Positions 8,225 to 18,248 of a stretch of DNA of 64,000 bases are shown in pieces. Every line of letters begins with the position of its first letter. Position 1 is the first letter of the stretch. The stretch spans positions 452,601-516,600 of the forward strand of contig JAMPGO010000001.1 in assembly GCA_023663905.1 (NCBI GenBank), written 5' to 3'. A program made the position numbers and the translations under genes. The stretch comes from Ruminococcus flavefaciens. GTDB lineage: Bacteria; Bacillota; Clostridia; Oscillospirales; Ruminococcaceae. Under the pieces are notes generated by a model, which worked only from the letters and a program-made list of their open reading frames with translations, was not told the origin of the DNA and ran no database searches.

Positions 8225-9673
8225 ATGTATGACGTAAAATCCCTTAAAGCTGAGGAATTTATCAGCCACGAGGAAATTCTTGAGACTCTTGAATATGCCG
8301 AGCAGAATAAGCATAACAAGGAGCTTGTTGAAGAGATTCTCGAAAAGGCTAGACCGAGAAAAACAGGTCGTGGAGTTGAATGTGCGGGATTGTCCCACCG
8401 TGAAGCAAGCGTGCTTCTTGCGTGCGATTTACCTGAAATGACGGAGAAAATCTATGCGCTTGCTAACGAAATCAAGGAGAATTTCTACGGCGACAGAATC
8501 GTTATGTTCGCACCGCTCTATCTCTCGAATTACTGCGTAAACAAGTGCGTTTACTGTCCTTATCATATCCAGAATAAGGAGATTCCGAGAAAGAAGCTCA
8601 CGCAGGAAGAGGTTAAGCAGGAAGTCATTGCCTTGCAGGATATGGGTCACAAGCGACTTGCTATTGAAGCAGGCGAAGACCCTGTAAACAATCCGCTCGA
8701 ATACATTCTCGAATGTATCAAGACTATCTACTCAATCAAGCACAAGAACGGCGCTATCAGACGTGTAAACGTGAATATCGCCGCAACAACGGTTGAGAAT
8801 TACCGTAAGCTCAAGGAAGCAGGTATAGGAACGTATATTCTTTTTCAGGAGACATACCACAAGGAGAGCTACGAGGAGCTTCATCCCGCAGGACCGAAGC
8901 ACAATTACGCTTATCACACTGAAGCTATGGACAGAGCTATGGAGGGCGGTATTGACGATGTAGGTCTCGGCGTACTTTTCGGGCTGGACAAATACAAGTA
9001 CGAGTTTGCGGGACTTCTTATGCACGCCGAACACCTCGAAGCCGTTCACGGTGTAGGACCGCACACAATCAGCGTTCCGAGACTTAAAAGGGCTTCCGAT
9101 ATTGACCCGACCCAGTTTGACAACGGTATTGACGACGATATTTTTGCCAAGATTATTGCCTGTATCAGAATCGCCGTGCCTTATACGGGTATGATTATTT
9201 CCACGAGAGAGAGCGAAACTTGCCGTGAGAACGTTATGAAGCTCGGTATTTCCCAGATTTCGGGCGGTTCAAGAACATCCGTCGGCGGTTATGCAGGATA
9301 CTCCGCAGAAGAGCGACCGCACGATACAGAGCAGTTTGACGTTTCCGACCAGCGTTCGCTTGACGAGGTAGTGAAATGGCTTATGGAGAGCGGATTCATA
9401 CCGTCGTTCTGTACAGCCTGCTACCGTGAAGGACGTACGGGCGACAGATTTATGGCGCTCTGCAAAGTAGGACAGATTCAGAACTGCTGTCATCCCAATG
9501 CGCTTCTCACCTTGCAGGAATACTTGCAGGATTATGCAAGTCCCGAGACAAGAAAAATCGGCGAGGAGCTTATTGACCGTGAAATTCAGAAAGTCCCTGA
9601 CCCGAAGCGCCGTGAAAAGGCACTCGGCTACCTTGAAAAAATCAGAAACGGCGAGCGTGATTTCAGATTCTGA
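8225..9673 (+). CDS. hydG: [FeFe]-hydrogenase H-cluster radical SAM maturase HydG
   Basis: CxxxCxxC (CVNKCVYC), FQETY, C-terminal CTAC-x22-C motif, ending ERDFRF. Confidence 0.95.
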   Translation: MYDVKSLKAEEFISHEEILETLEYAEQNKHNKELVEEILEKARPRKTGRGVECAGLSHREASVLLACDLPEMTEKIYALANEIKENFYGDRIVMFAPLYLSNYCVNKCVYCPYHIQNKEIPRKKLTQEEVKQEVIALQDMGHKRLAIEAGEDPVNNPLEYILECIKTIYSIKHKNGAIRRVNVNIAATTVENYRKLKEAGIGTYILFQETYHKESYEELHPAGPKHNYAYHTEAMDRAMEGGIDDVGLGVLFGLDKYKYEFAGLLMHAEHLEAVHGVGPHTISVPRLKRASDIDPTQFDNGIDDDIFAKIIACIRIAVPYTGMIISTRESETCRENVMKLGISQISGGSRTSVGGYAGYSAEERPHDTEQFDVSDQRSLDEVVKWLMESGFIPSFCTACYREGRTGDRFMALCKVGQIQNCCHPNALLTLQEYLQDYASPETRKIGEELIDREIQKVPDPKRREKALGYLEKIRNGERDFRF

Positions 9674-9675
9674 TA

Positions 9676-9704
9676 TTGACATATCCGAAATTATGTGATA
9701 TAAT
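9676..9704 (+). promoter_or_regulatory. sigmaA promoter (perfect consensus)
   Basis: TTGACA-17bp-TATAAT. Confidence 0.8.
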
Positions 9705-9756
9705 AAATTAAGGAATCTGCGGATTCCTTAATTTTAACTGATTAGAGGATGTATTT

Positions 9757-10617
9757 ATGAAAAAAATTATTGCATTATTATCGGTACTGACAATGGCTTT
9801 AACTGCGTTTACAGCCTGCGGAAGCAATGAGCCTGAAAGCTCGTCATCGGTTTCAGCACCCGAAGTATCGGAGAGTAATGCTGACACCACAGAAAGCTCG
9901 GCTGATTCGTCTGAATCCGAGACAGAACCCGAAACTACGGCTGAAACTACTGCTCCGACCACAAAGGCTACGGTTAAGAAGACGACTTCCACCGCCGAAA
10001 AAACAAAGGCGACGGAATCCGAGGATTCAGAAGAGGGCGGAATGTCTGATACTTCCGTGACTGCCGTTGAAATCGAGAACGCTGACGAGTATATCGGCGC
10101 AATGGAACTGCTTTACAATTCGCTCACAAGCAACGACATCTCACAGGCAGTCAGCGCAACGTTCCCGAAAAGCGTGCTTGACGCTATGGACGCTTCGGGA
10201 ATGAGCGATATGTTCCTTGACCAGTTCAGCGGAAGCGATTTTATAGATAACGATGACGCTTTTGATTTGGACAAGCTTGAAGTTATTTCCGTCCGTGAAG
10301 CTACCGCCGAAGAACTCGAAACCGCACAGCTTTACTATTCCCAGATTGAGGGTGTGTGCCGTGTAATGATTGAGGCAGGAGTTACTTACGATATGGTTAT
10401 GAACAACGAGGCTACGGATGAGCAGATGTTGATTCTCAGCGAATCGCCTTATTTTACAGGCGAGGGCGATGTTGACATTATCGTTGACTTTGAAGAATAC
10501 TACTATGTAACGTACAGTATGAACGGCGAGGAAATGGAAGCTCCTGTTTTCAGACAGTCAGGCGACGATATGAAAATCGATATTACTATGCTCGGCTTTG
10601 CACAGCTGGCGCAATAA
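9757..10617 (+). CDS. Lipoprotein of unknown function with Ser/Thr/Glu-rich linker
   Basis: Signal peptide with lipobox FTAC, low-complexity linker, acidic C-terminal domain. Confidence 0.8.
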   Translation: MKKIIALLSVLTMALTAFTACGSNEPESSSSVSAPEVSESNADTTESSADSSESETEPETTAETTAPTTKATVKKTTSTAEKTKATESEDSEEGGMSDTSVTAVEIENADEYIGAMELLYNSLTSNDISQAVSATFPKSVLDAMDASGMSDMFLDQFSGSDFIDNDDAFDLDKLEVISVREATAEELETAQLYYSQIEGVCRVMIEAGVTYDMVMNNEATDEQMLILSESPYFTGEGDVDIIVDFEEYYYVTYSMNGEEMEAPVFRQSGDDMKIDITMLGFAQLAQ

Positions 10618-10715
10618 TAAAATAAAAAAATTTTCGGAAAATCACTTTACAAATCGGAAATTCTGTGGTATAATATAAATTGAACAGATTTAATTAACTT
10701 ATTGAGGTGATTATA

Positions 10716-11114
10716 ATGGATTTATTCTCGATATTCAAGGGCGGTAAATATTTTGATAAACATATTGAACCAAAATGTGACTATTGTCAGTTCGGCAGAC
10801 GTGCCAAGGACGGCGAAAAGGTTATCTGCGAAAAAAGAGGTCTCGTACAGCGTGATGACTCCTGCTCCAAATTTATCTACTCTCCGCTCAAGAGAATCCC
10901 TGTAAAACAGCTTAATTTCGTCGGAAGCCTTGCCGATGAGGATATTTACATAGAATCCGCAGGCGATATTGCCGAGAAGCAGGAAGAACTGCTTAAAAAC
11001 GATACCGACAAGAAGAACGTCAAGAAGCCTGCTCCCGAAAAGGACGAGAAGGATTCTTCCGAAAAAGACACTTCGGAATCAGCTGATACTTCCGATAACA
11101 AGGAAAGTGAATAA
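10716..11114 (+). CDS. Hypothetical protein with four-Cys putative metal-binding motif and charged tail
   Basis: CDYC...C...C; RBS GAGGTG; upstream TTTACA/TATAAT promoter. Confidence 0.7.
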   Translation: MDLFSIFKGGKYFDKHIEPKCDYCQFGRRAKDGEKVICEKRGLVQRDDSCSKFIYSPLKRIPVKQLNFVGSLADEDIYIESAGDIAEKQEELLKNDTDKKNVKKPAPEKDEKDSSEKDTSESADTSDNKESE

Positions 11115-11171
11115 TATTCACGGCTGATTTTTCAGGAATGGCAGTTTATCCCCTTTGACTGCCATTCATAT

Positions 11172-11256
11172 GCGCCTGTGGTGAAACTGGCAGACACGCA
11201 AGATTTAGGTTCTTGTTCCGAGAGGTGTGCAGGTTCGATTCCTGTCAGGCGCACCA
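11172..11256 (+). tRNA. tRNA-Leu (anticodon TAG)
   Basis: GCGCCTG/CAGGCGC acceptor stem, anticodon stem CAAGA/TCTTG with TAG, long variable arm, GGTTCGATTCC, encoded CCA. Confidence 0.97.
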
Positions 11257-11275
11257 ATATCAGAAATAACGGATA

Positions 11276-11307
11276 AAAAGCCGGCAGTTTCCTCTGCCGG
11301 TTTTTTG
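11276..11307 (+). terminator. Intrinsic terminator after tRNA
   Basis: GCCGGCAG/CTGCCGGT stem followed by a T-run. Confidence 0.8.
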
Positions 11308-11370
11308 TGGTGCAATATATTGATTTTTAACGGATTTTATGGTATTATATAGAATGTGAGGTGATTTTTT

Positions 11371-12096
11371 ATGATTCGCATTGCAGTTTTGGATGACGAC
11401 CCGATGATTCTTAATCAAATCAATAAACTTATCAGCGTAAACTTTTCAGGCATATTCAGTGTGGATTTGTACTCCGACAGTATGGCATTCTATAATAACA
11501 GCAACAAATGCTATGATTTGATTTTTCTGGATATTGATATGCCGAATCTCAACGGATTTGAAATCGCCGAAGCCATAACTCTCCTGAAAAATCAGACTGC
11601 GATAGTATTTGTCTCAAATCTTGAGCATCTCGTATATGATTCGCTTAAATTCAGACCGTTCCGTTTCGTAAGAAAAAGCTCGCTGGATGACGATATTACA
11701 TCCGCCATAAATGATTTCATAATCGAGTTCAGGAAAAATCAGGATATGTTTCTAATCAACACCAGCGAAATGACTATGTCTGTTATGCTCTCGGATATAG
11801 TCTGCTTCGAGAGTATGGGGCATAATATATTCGCCGAGACTGCGGACGGTATGAAGCACCTGCTCACCCGTGAACGTGATACGGTTATGACTATGAAATC
11901 GCTGACCGAGCAGTTTGAGAGCAAGGGCTTTATCCGTGTCCACAAAAGCTATCTCGTCAACTACAGGTACATATATGTCATAAAATCCTCGGAAGTTGTA
12001 CTGAAAACAAATGAAACGATATTAATCAATCCTCATAACAGAAATGCAATAAAGAACCGTTTTCAGCAGTTCGTTATTGAAAAAGGAGGCGTCTGA
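11371..12096 (+). CDS. agrA: LytTR-family response regulator (AgrA-like)
   Basis: Receiver (LDDD, FLDIDMP) plus LytTR domain (FIRVHKSYLVN); adjacent to agrC/B/D. Confidence 0.9.
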   Translation: MIRIAVLDDDPMILNQINKLISVNFSGIFSVDLYSDSMAFYNNSNKCYDLIFLDIDMPNLNGFEIAEAITLLKNQTAIVFVSNLEHLVYDSLKFRPFRFVRKSSLDDDITSAINDFIIEFRKNQDMFLINTSEMTMSVMLSDIVCFESMGHNIFAETADGMKHLLTRERDTVMTMKSLTEQFESKGFIRVHKSYLVNYRYIYVIKSSEVVLKTNETILINPHNRNAIKNRFQQFVIEKGGV

Positions 12097-12122
12097 AAAT
12101 AGTCATCGAAGAAATATACAAT

Positions 12123-13400
12123 ATGATTGAATCGCTCATAGTTGCGTGGTTTGTATCGTCGTACTTCAAGGCGAATACAAAATTTTCGGGCTGGCTGTAC
12201 ATATTTGCCGTCTATGCCCTTATACTTCTGCAAATCACCGCTGTAAGCCTGCTGGATTTCCACTGGATAATCACGGCGGTCATATCATCCGTCTCGCTGA
12301 CAGGAATCCTCTCGCTTTTCTTCCGTGGAAGTCCACCCGAGCGCATTATTATTGCGTTCACCTCAATTTTCCTGCTGGCACTGTGCGATATATGCGCATT
12401 CACCCTTATCGGACAGCTTCTTGGAATAAACTACAGAGAGCTTGTGATAAACAGCGGTTTTTCACGGTTTCTTGCGGTAATGACATCCAAGATTCTTTAC
12501 ATAATATTCTGCAGTTTTATACTGTTTTTCAAGAAGAAATATAGAATTTTTATAAGCCGTCGTGAACTCTCGCTTATTCTTACAACCTTCACGCTGTCCT
12601 GCATTCAGCTGTCGCTAATCAGAACTGTTATATACGAGCAGAAAAAATATTACAACGTTTTCCTGTTGGTTCTGCTGTGCATTCTTGTCATCAATGTCAT
12701 ACTGTACTACACAATGGTGTATATCGGCAAGCAGAATGCCGACGAGAGAAATCTTGCCATTATGCAGAAGCAGATTGAATTTCAGAAAGAGAGTATACGC
12801 AGTCTGGAGCAGAAATACGACGAGACGGCGAAAATCAGGCACGATATGAAGAATTATATCTCCTGCGCCCTGCGGATGGCTGAACAGGGAAAATACGATG
12901 AGCTGACGGACTATCTTGAGGAGCTGTCCGAGGAAGTCATTGACAGGATAACGAGCTATATACGCATAAACCGCAGTATACTTGGCGCAATGCTCAACTC
13001 AAAGATTGCCCGGGCAAAAATTATTCAAATTGATATGCAGTGCTATATTCTCAGCGAACTGGACAGCATATCCGATATGGATATTATAACCCTTCTGGCG
13101 AATCTGCTGGACAATGCTATTGAAGCCTGCGAGAAAAACCGTGGCAAGTCCGAAATCGTACTGAAAACGTGGAATGAAGCAGGTTATTATTTTATCGAGG
13201 TAAGCAATACTGTTGAATCGGATATTCTTGCAGACAATCCCGACCTTGTAACCAGCAAGAAGAATGCCAAAAACCACGGTATCGGTCTGCGTTCCGTAAG
13301 GGATATTGTCGATAATCATAACGGTATGATTAACTTCCGACAGACGGGAAATATATTCCACGTCTACGTCTCGCTTGCAAAAAATGAGGAGAATTTGTAA
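12123..13400 (+). CDS. agrC: Membrane GHKL sensor histidine kinase (AgrC-like); start may be up to 30 nt upstream
   Basis: Multiple TM helices, RHDMKN H-box, NLLDNAIEA, HGIGL. Confidence 0.9.
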   Translation: MIESLIVAWFVSSYFKANTKFSGWLYIFAVYALILLQITAVSLLDFHWIITAVISSVSLTGILSLFFRGSPPERIIIAFTSIFLLALCDICAFTLIGQLLGINYRELVINSGFSRFLAVMTSKILYIIFCSFILFFKKKYRIFISRRELSLILTTFTLSCIQLSLIRTVIYEQKKYYNVFLLVLLCILVINVILYYTMVYIGKQNADERNLAIMQKQIEFQKESIRSLEQKYDETAKIRHDMKNYISCALRMAEQGKYDELTDYLEELSEEVIDRITSYIRINRSILGAMLNSKIARAKIIQIDMQCYILSELDSISDMDIITLLANLLDNAIEACEKNRGKSEIVLKTWNEAGYYFIEVSNTVESDILADNPDLVTSKKNAKNHGIGLRSVRDIVDNHNGMINFRQTGNIFHVYVSLAKNEENL

Positions 13401-13409
13401 AAAACTTGT

Positions 13410-13475
13410 AGTTCGTGACACTATATGTGAGTTTGTGACACAGGTATTGACATTTTTGAAAATCCGAGTTATAAT
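13410..13475 (+). promoter_or_regulatory. agrBD promoter with LytTR-type direct repeats
   Basis: AGTTCGTGACAC (13410) and AGTTTGTGACAC (13430) just upstream of TTGACA-17bp-TATAAT (13447-13475). Confidence 0.75.
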
Positions 13476-13495
13476 TTGGGCAGAGGTGAAATGCT

Positions 13496-14089
13496 ATGAT
13501 TTCTTTTCTGAGCCGTCGTATGGCTATGTTTTTAAGAGATAATGAAATTGTTGATGACGAAACGTCGCAGGTCTGTCAGTACGGATTTGAAATCATCATC
13601 TCAACGATAACAGGCTTCCTGCTTGTGACAGCCACAGGGCTGTGCTGTGGAGAACTGCTCTCCGCACTGCTGTTCTATGCCGTTTTCGTCGGGGTAAGGC
13701 TGTTCACGGGCGGATACCACGCATCAACCCATTTCAGGTGCAAACTGCTCCTGTGCGTATGCTGTTTCTTTACAGTAATAACGACAAAAGCGTTTGTTGA
13801 TGTGTACACTCTCCCGATTCAGGCGGTGATTATTCTTGCATATCTGGTCACAGTACTGCTGTTTTCGCCGATTGAACATAAAAACGCTCCGATTGACGAT
13901 ACTGCCAAAAAGCGCAACAGGATAATTTCGATTATTGTCTCGCTCGCTCTGTCAGCTGTCGGTTTGCTTGGATTTTCCCAACACAAGAAGTTTTCAATGC
14001 TCTTGTCGATGTCCTTGCTTGTTGTAGCGTTTTTAATGATACTATCAAAAATTACGGAAAGGAATGATTCGGATGAACAAAGGAATTAA
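13496..14089 (+). CDS. agrB: Accessory gene regulator B (AIP-processing membrane peptidase)
   Basis: YGFE, RLFTGGYHASTHFRC (catalytic His/Cys), SPIEHKNAP. Confidence 0.92.
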   Translation: MISFLSRRMAMFLRDNEIVDDETSQVCQYGFEIIISTITGFLLVTATGLCCGELLSALLFYAVFVGVRLFTGGYHASTHFRCKLLLCVCCFFTVITTKAFVDVYTLPIQAVIILAYLVTVLLFSPIEHKNAPIDDTAKKRNRIISIIVSLALSAVGLLGFSQHKKFSMLLSMSLLVVAFLMILSKITERNDSDEQRN

Positions 14090-14228
14090 AAAGCTTCTCG
14101 TTCTCAGCTCAAAGCTGAGTCAGGAACTCGCAGTAAGGTCGTGCAGTGTTGTTTCAACTTTTGATTCATATCAGCCTGTAAGACCCGAAGCTGTTGCAAA
14201 AACAGCAAAATCAAGAAAGAGCAAGTAA
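14073..14228 (+). CDS. agrD: AgrD cyclic autoinducing peptide precursor (51 aa)
   Basis: MNKGIKKLLVLSSKLSQELAVRSCSVVSTFDSYQPVRPEAVAKTAKSRKSK; overlaps the agrB end, RBS AAAGGA, clostridial x-QP-x-x-P tail. Below the ORF-track cutoff. Confidence 0.85.
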   Translation: MNKGIKKLLVLSSKLSQELAVRSCSVVSTFDSYQPVRPEAVAKTAKSRKSK

Positions 14229-14324
14229 GCCGTAATAAGTTACTGCTGTGGAGATGAGAATGGAATTTTTCATATATGCCGATGTCGTCCCATAAAGACA
14301 GATACGGACGAGCCGTCGGCATAA

Positions 14325-14394
14325 TGCCCCGTATCCTGAAAAGGTGCGGGGTATTTTTACAATAAAAAACCGGAGCAATGCTCCGGATTTTTTA
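14325..14394. terminator. Two hairpins terminating convergent agrBD and glgA
   Basis: GCCCCGTATC/GGTGCGGGGT plus T-run, and CCGGAGCA/TGCTCCGG flanked by A and T runs. Confidence 0.75.
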
Positions 14395-15813
14395 TTATTC
14401 GTTGATAAGTTCTTCAAAAACCTCAATATAATTATCCGCAGGAATATCCCAGCCGTAGTCGCAGTTCATAGCACGGAGTACAAGCTCATTCCAGCGTGTT
14501 TTGTCATCGTAGTCACGCTTTGCACGTCGTACAGCGTCAAGCATATCGTCAGCGTCGTAGGTTTTGAACGTGAATCCGTTTCCGTTGATTCCGCCGTTAT
14601 CACGTACGGAATCACGCAGACCGCCTGTTTCACGGACAATCGGAGGCGTGCCGTATCTCATAGCTATCATCTGTGCCAGACCGCACGGCTCATTCTGCGA
14701 GGGCATAAGAATCATATCCGCACCCGCATAGATAATGCGTGCAAGCTCGGGAACATAGCCTGTGGTTACGGAAACCTTGTCGGGATAGCGCCGTGCCATT
14801 TCGATGAAAAATTCCTCATAGATTTTCTCACCGCTACCGAGAACGGCGAATTTGAATCCGCTTCTGATAATTTCCTCAAAGGCAATGCGTATAAGGTCGA
14901 ATCCCTTGTGCTTGACGAGACGTGAGACTATACCGATAACAGGCGAATCATCAACAGTAAGACCGAGTTCCGTAAGCATTTCACGCTTGCATTCTGACTT
15001 GACCGAGAGATTATCCTTTGAGAAGTGCCACGCAATATACTGGTCTTTTTCGGGATTATAATCGTCCATATCAATGCCGTTGAGAATGCCTTTAAGCTTA
15101 TGCTGTTTGGTAACAAGAATCCTGTCGAGACCGTAGGAGTACCACGGGTCAAGGATTTCCCTTGCGTAGCTCGGCGAAACGGTTATGATTATGTCAGAAG
15201 TTTCGAGTGCGCCCTTCATCATATTGACATAGCCGTCGTATTCAAGGATTCCCATATTATATTTGGGAATGCCCATAAGCTCGTTAAGAACTTCCCTGCC
15301 GTACTTGCCCTGATAAGCGATATTGTGGATAGTAAACGCAGTTTTTATCCTGCTGTAGCCCTGCTGATACTTGTAGTAAATCTGAAGATACACAGGGATA
15401 AGCGCAGTCTGCCAGTCGTTACAGCTTATGACATCGGGCTTGAAATCGATATACTTGAGCATTTCAATAACCGCCCTGTCAAAGAAAACAAACCGCTCGC
15501 AGTCGTCATAGAAGCCGTAAAGACCGTCCCTGTTGAAATAGTATTCGTTGTCAATGAAAAAATAAGTAACTCCGTTATTTTCGAGCGTATAAATCCCGCA
15601 ATACTGCTTTCTCCACGAAACATCGACCGTTATATTTGTAACAAAGTCCATATAACGGCGGTGTTCGGGCTTGATTGACTTATACAGCGGAATAACGACA
15701 GCACAGTTATGTCCTTTTTTGCTAATAGCTTTCGGAAGTGAGCCGACAACCTCGGCAAGACCGCCGGAGGCTGAATAAGGAACAGCCTCGCTCGCAGCAA
15801 AAAGTATATTCAT
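14395..15813 (-). CDS. glgA: Glycogen synthase
   Basis: SGGLA, NDWQT, FTIHN, EPCGL, TGGL; GT5 family. Likely start ATG 15813. Confidence 0.96.
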   Translation of the reverse strand: MNILFAASEAVPYSASGGLAEVVGSLPKAISKKGHNCAVVIPLYKSIKPEHRRYMDFVTNITVDVSWRKQYCGIYTLENNGVTYFFIDNEYYFNRDGLYGFYDDCERFVFFDRAVIEMLKYIDFKPDVISCNDWQTALIPVYLQIYYKYQQGYSRIKTAFTIHNIAYQGKYGREVLNELMGIPKYNMGILEYDGYVNMMKGALETSDIIITVSPSYAREILDPWYSYGLDRILVTKQHKLKGILNGIDMDDYNPEKDQYIAWHFSKDNLSVKSECKREMLTELGLTVDDSPVIGIVSRLVKHKGFDLIRIAFEEIIRSGFKFAVLGSGEKIYEEFFIEMARRYPDKVSVTTGYVPELARIIYAGADMILMPSQNEPCGLAQMIAMRYGTPPIVRETGGLRDSVRDNGGINGNGFTFKTYDADDMLDAVRRAKRDYDDKTRWNELVLRAMNCDYGWDIPADNYIEVFEELINE

Positions 15814-15840
15814 ATCATCAGCCAACCTTTCGGGGAATGG

Positions 15841-16965
15841 TTATGCCTTTGCGTTTTTCTGGAGATAGTACGGGCTTGTTTCCGAGCCTGTCAGTATCTT
15901 GTCATCCTGTACTTCAACGTTCTTGTCGGTGATAATTGACGAAACAGTGCAGTTATTGCCGATAACAGTACCCTGCATAAGGATAGAATCCTTTACAACA
16001 GTACCCTTGCCGACTTTAACTCCTCTGAACACGATAGAGTTCTCAACAGTACCCTCAATCATACAGCCGTCAGCGATAAGAGAGTTCTTGATTTTTGAAT
16101 CGAGACCGTACTTTGCAGGTGCATTGTCGCCGACTTTTGTATAGACAGGACGTGCGGGATTGAAGAGAGCGTTTCTTGTATCGGCATTGAGCAGGAGCTT
16201 GCTTGCGAGATAGTAGTTGTTGATACTGTCGATTCTTACGAAAACATCCTTATGCTCATAGCCCATAATCTTGTATTCCCTGTTCTTGTTCTGGAGAATC
16301 TCTCTTGTAAAGCTGTGAACGTTCTTGCTCTTAGCCTCCATAACAATCTTCCTGAGAAGTTCCTTGCTGATGATAAGCATTTCGAGCCACTGATTGCAGT
16401 CGCCTGACATTTCGGGATTAACCAGCACTTCATTTACGGTATTGTCCTCGCCGAACTGGAGAATAGTAGCGCACTTATTCTCGGAGCTGTTATAGTGAGC
16501 CTTGCTGTAGACAAGAGTAATGTCAGCTTCTGATTTAGTGTGCTGTTTGAGGACATCGTTGAAATCGATAGTTGCAACGACATCGCAGTTTGAGAGGATT
16601 ACATACTTAGCCTTTGAATGCTCAACGAAGCTCCAGATATTGTTGAGAGCGTCAAGTCTGCCCTCGTAGATACCGCCTGCCTGACTGTACGGAGGAAGGA
16701 GATGAAGTCCGCCCTTTTTGCGAGCCAAATCCCAGTCTCTTCCCGAGCCGAGGTGGTCAAGGAGCGAGCCGTAGTTTGATTTTGTGATAACTCCGACTTC
16801 TGTAACTCCTGAATTTACGAAATTTGAAAGCGGAAAGTCAATAAGTCTGTAACGTCCGCCGAAAGGGATTGAACCCATAGTTCTCTGTTTCGTAAGCTCG
16901 CTGATATAGGAATCGTGCATACTTGCGAAAATAAGACCTAAAACATTATAATTTACACTGCTCAT
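15841..16965 (-). CDS. glgD: Glucose-1-phosphate adenylyltransferase subunit GlgD
   Basis: [27 protein letters not shown]-terminal beta-helix; lacks the GGQG motif. Confidence 0.93.
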   Translation of the reverse strand: MSSVNYNVLGLIFASMHDSYISELTKQRTMGSIPFGGRYRLIDFPLSNFVNSGVTEVGVITKSNYGSLLDHLGSGRDWDLARKKGGLHLLPPYSQAGGIYEGRLDALNNIWSFVEHSKAKYVILSNCDVVATIDFNDVLKQHTKSEADITLVYSKAHYNSSENKCATILQFGEDNTVNEVLVNPEMSGDCNQWLEMLIISKELLRKIVMEAKSKNVHSFTREILQNKNREYKIMGYEHKDVFVRIDSINNYYLASKLLLNADTRNALFNPARPVYTKVGDNAPAKYGLDSKIKNSLIADGCMIEGTVENSIVFRGVKVGKGTVVKDSILMQGTVIGNNCTVSSIITDKNVEVQDDKILTGSETSPYYLQKNAKA

Positions 16966-16982
16966 ATTGTGATTACCTCCGC

Positions 16983-18209
16983 TCAGATATTTTCTCCGAT
17001 AATCTGCTTAGGCTCAACAGATTTACCGGACGATACTGTTACATTATGACCGACAACTGCGATACCCCAGTCGTCTCTGTTCTCAACCTGCTCCGGACTC
17101 TTACCGATATGAGCTCCGCCCTCGATTACACAGTCGCTTCCTACGATAGCGTACTCAACAACTGCGCCTGATTTTATAACAGTTCCGGGCATAACGATAC
17201 TGTAGTTTACAGTTGCGCCCTCTTCGATAGTAACTCCTGCAAAGAGGATTGAGAAATCAACAGAACCGTCAACACAGCTTCCTTCTGCAATCATAGAGTT
17301 CTCAACCTTAGCATTCTCGCCGATATACTGAGGAGGCATATAGTTGCTTCTGGAGTAGATTTTCCAGCTCTTGTCATAGAGGTCGAGAGGAAGCGACGGG
17401 CTGAGCAAGTCCATATTAGCTTCCCAGAGAGAATCAAGAGTACCAACGTCCTTCCAGTATCCCTCAAACTCGTAAGCGAAAAGTCTCTGCTCATCACGGA
17501 GCATAGAAGTGATGATGTCCTTGCCGAAGTCCTTAGACCACTGCTCTCCCCTGTCACGCTTTGCATTAGCGTCGTTTTCGTTCTCGATAAGGTATTTTTC
17601 GAGCTTATCCCAGCTGAAAACATAGATACCCATAGAAGCGAGAGTAGACTTAGGCTCTTTCGGCTTTTCAACGAAGTCGGTAACCTTGTTGTTCTCGTCG
17701 CAAATCATAATACCGAAACGTGAAGCCTCAGCGAGCGGAACATCGATAACGGAAATTGTGCAGTCTGCGTTGTTCTCGATATGGAAATCAACCATTTTGG
17801 AATAGTCCATTTTATAGATATGGTCACCGCCGAGAACTACGACATAATCGGGATTATAACGTCTGATGAAGTTCATATTCTGGTAGATAGCGTTTGCAGT
17901 ACCCTCATACCAGGAAGCGCCTGTCTGTGATTCATAAGGCGGAAGAACGTGAACTCCTCCGTTCATCTTATCCAAATCCCAGGGCTGACCGTTTCCGATG
18001 TATTCATTGAGAACGAGAGGCTGATACTGTGTAAGAACGCCGACTGTATCAATACCGGAGTTTGTGCAGTTTGAGAGCGGGAAATCAATAAGACGATATT
18101 TACCGCCGTAAGGAACGGCCGGCTTTGCTACGTTTTTTGTAAGAGCGTACAATCTGCTTCCCTGACCGCCGGCAAGCAGCATTGCCACAACTTTTTTCTT
18201 AGTGTACAT
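16983..18209 (-). CDS. glgC: Glucose-1-phosphate adenylyltransferase
   Basis: [21 protein letters not shown]. Confidence 0.97.
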   Translation of the reverse strand: MYTKKKVVAMLLAGGQGSRLYALTKNVAKPAVPYGGKYRLIDFPLSNCTNSGIDTVGVLTQYQPLVLNEYIGNGQPWDLDKMNGGVHVLPPYESQTGASWYEGTANAIYQNMNFIRRYNPDYVVVLGGDHIYKMDYSKMVDFHIENNADCTISVIDVPLAEASRFGIMICDENNKVTDFVEKPKEPKSTLASMGIYVFSWDKLEKYLIENENDANAKRDRGEQWSKDFGKDIITSMLRDEQRLFAYEFEGYWKDVGTLDSLWEANMDLLSPSLPLDLYDKSWKIYSRSNYMPPQYIGENAKVENSMIAEGSCVDGSVDFSILFAGVTIEEGATVNYSIVMPGTVIKSGAVVEYAIVGSDCVIEGGAHIGKSPEQVENRDDWGIAVVGHNVTVSSGKSVEPKQIIGENI

Positions 18210-18248
18210 AAATATTCCTCCTGATATTTATATTGGATTAAGTGGTTA

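Noticed and set aside
11172-14394. agr locus as a tRNA-Leu-integrated island
   Set aside because: No integrase, no duplicated tRNA 3' end seen, and composition similar to the host.
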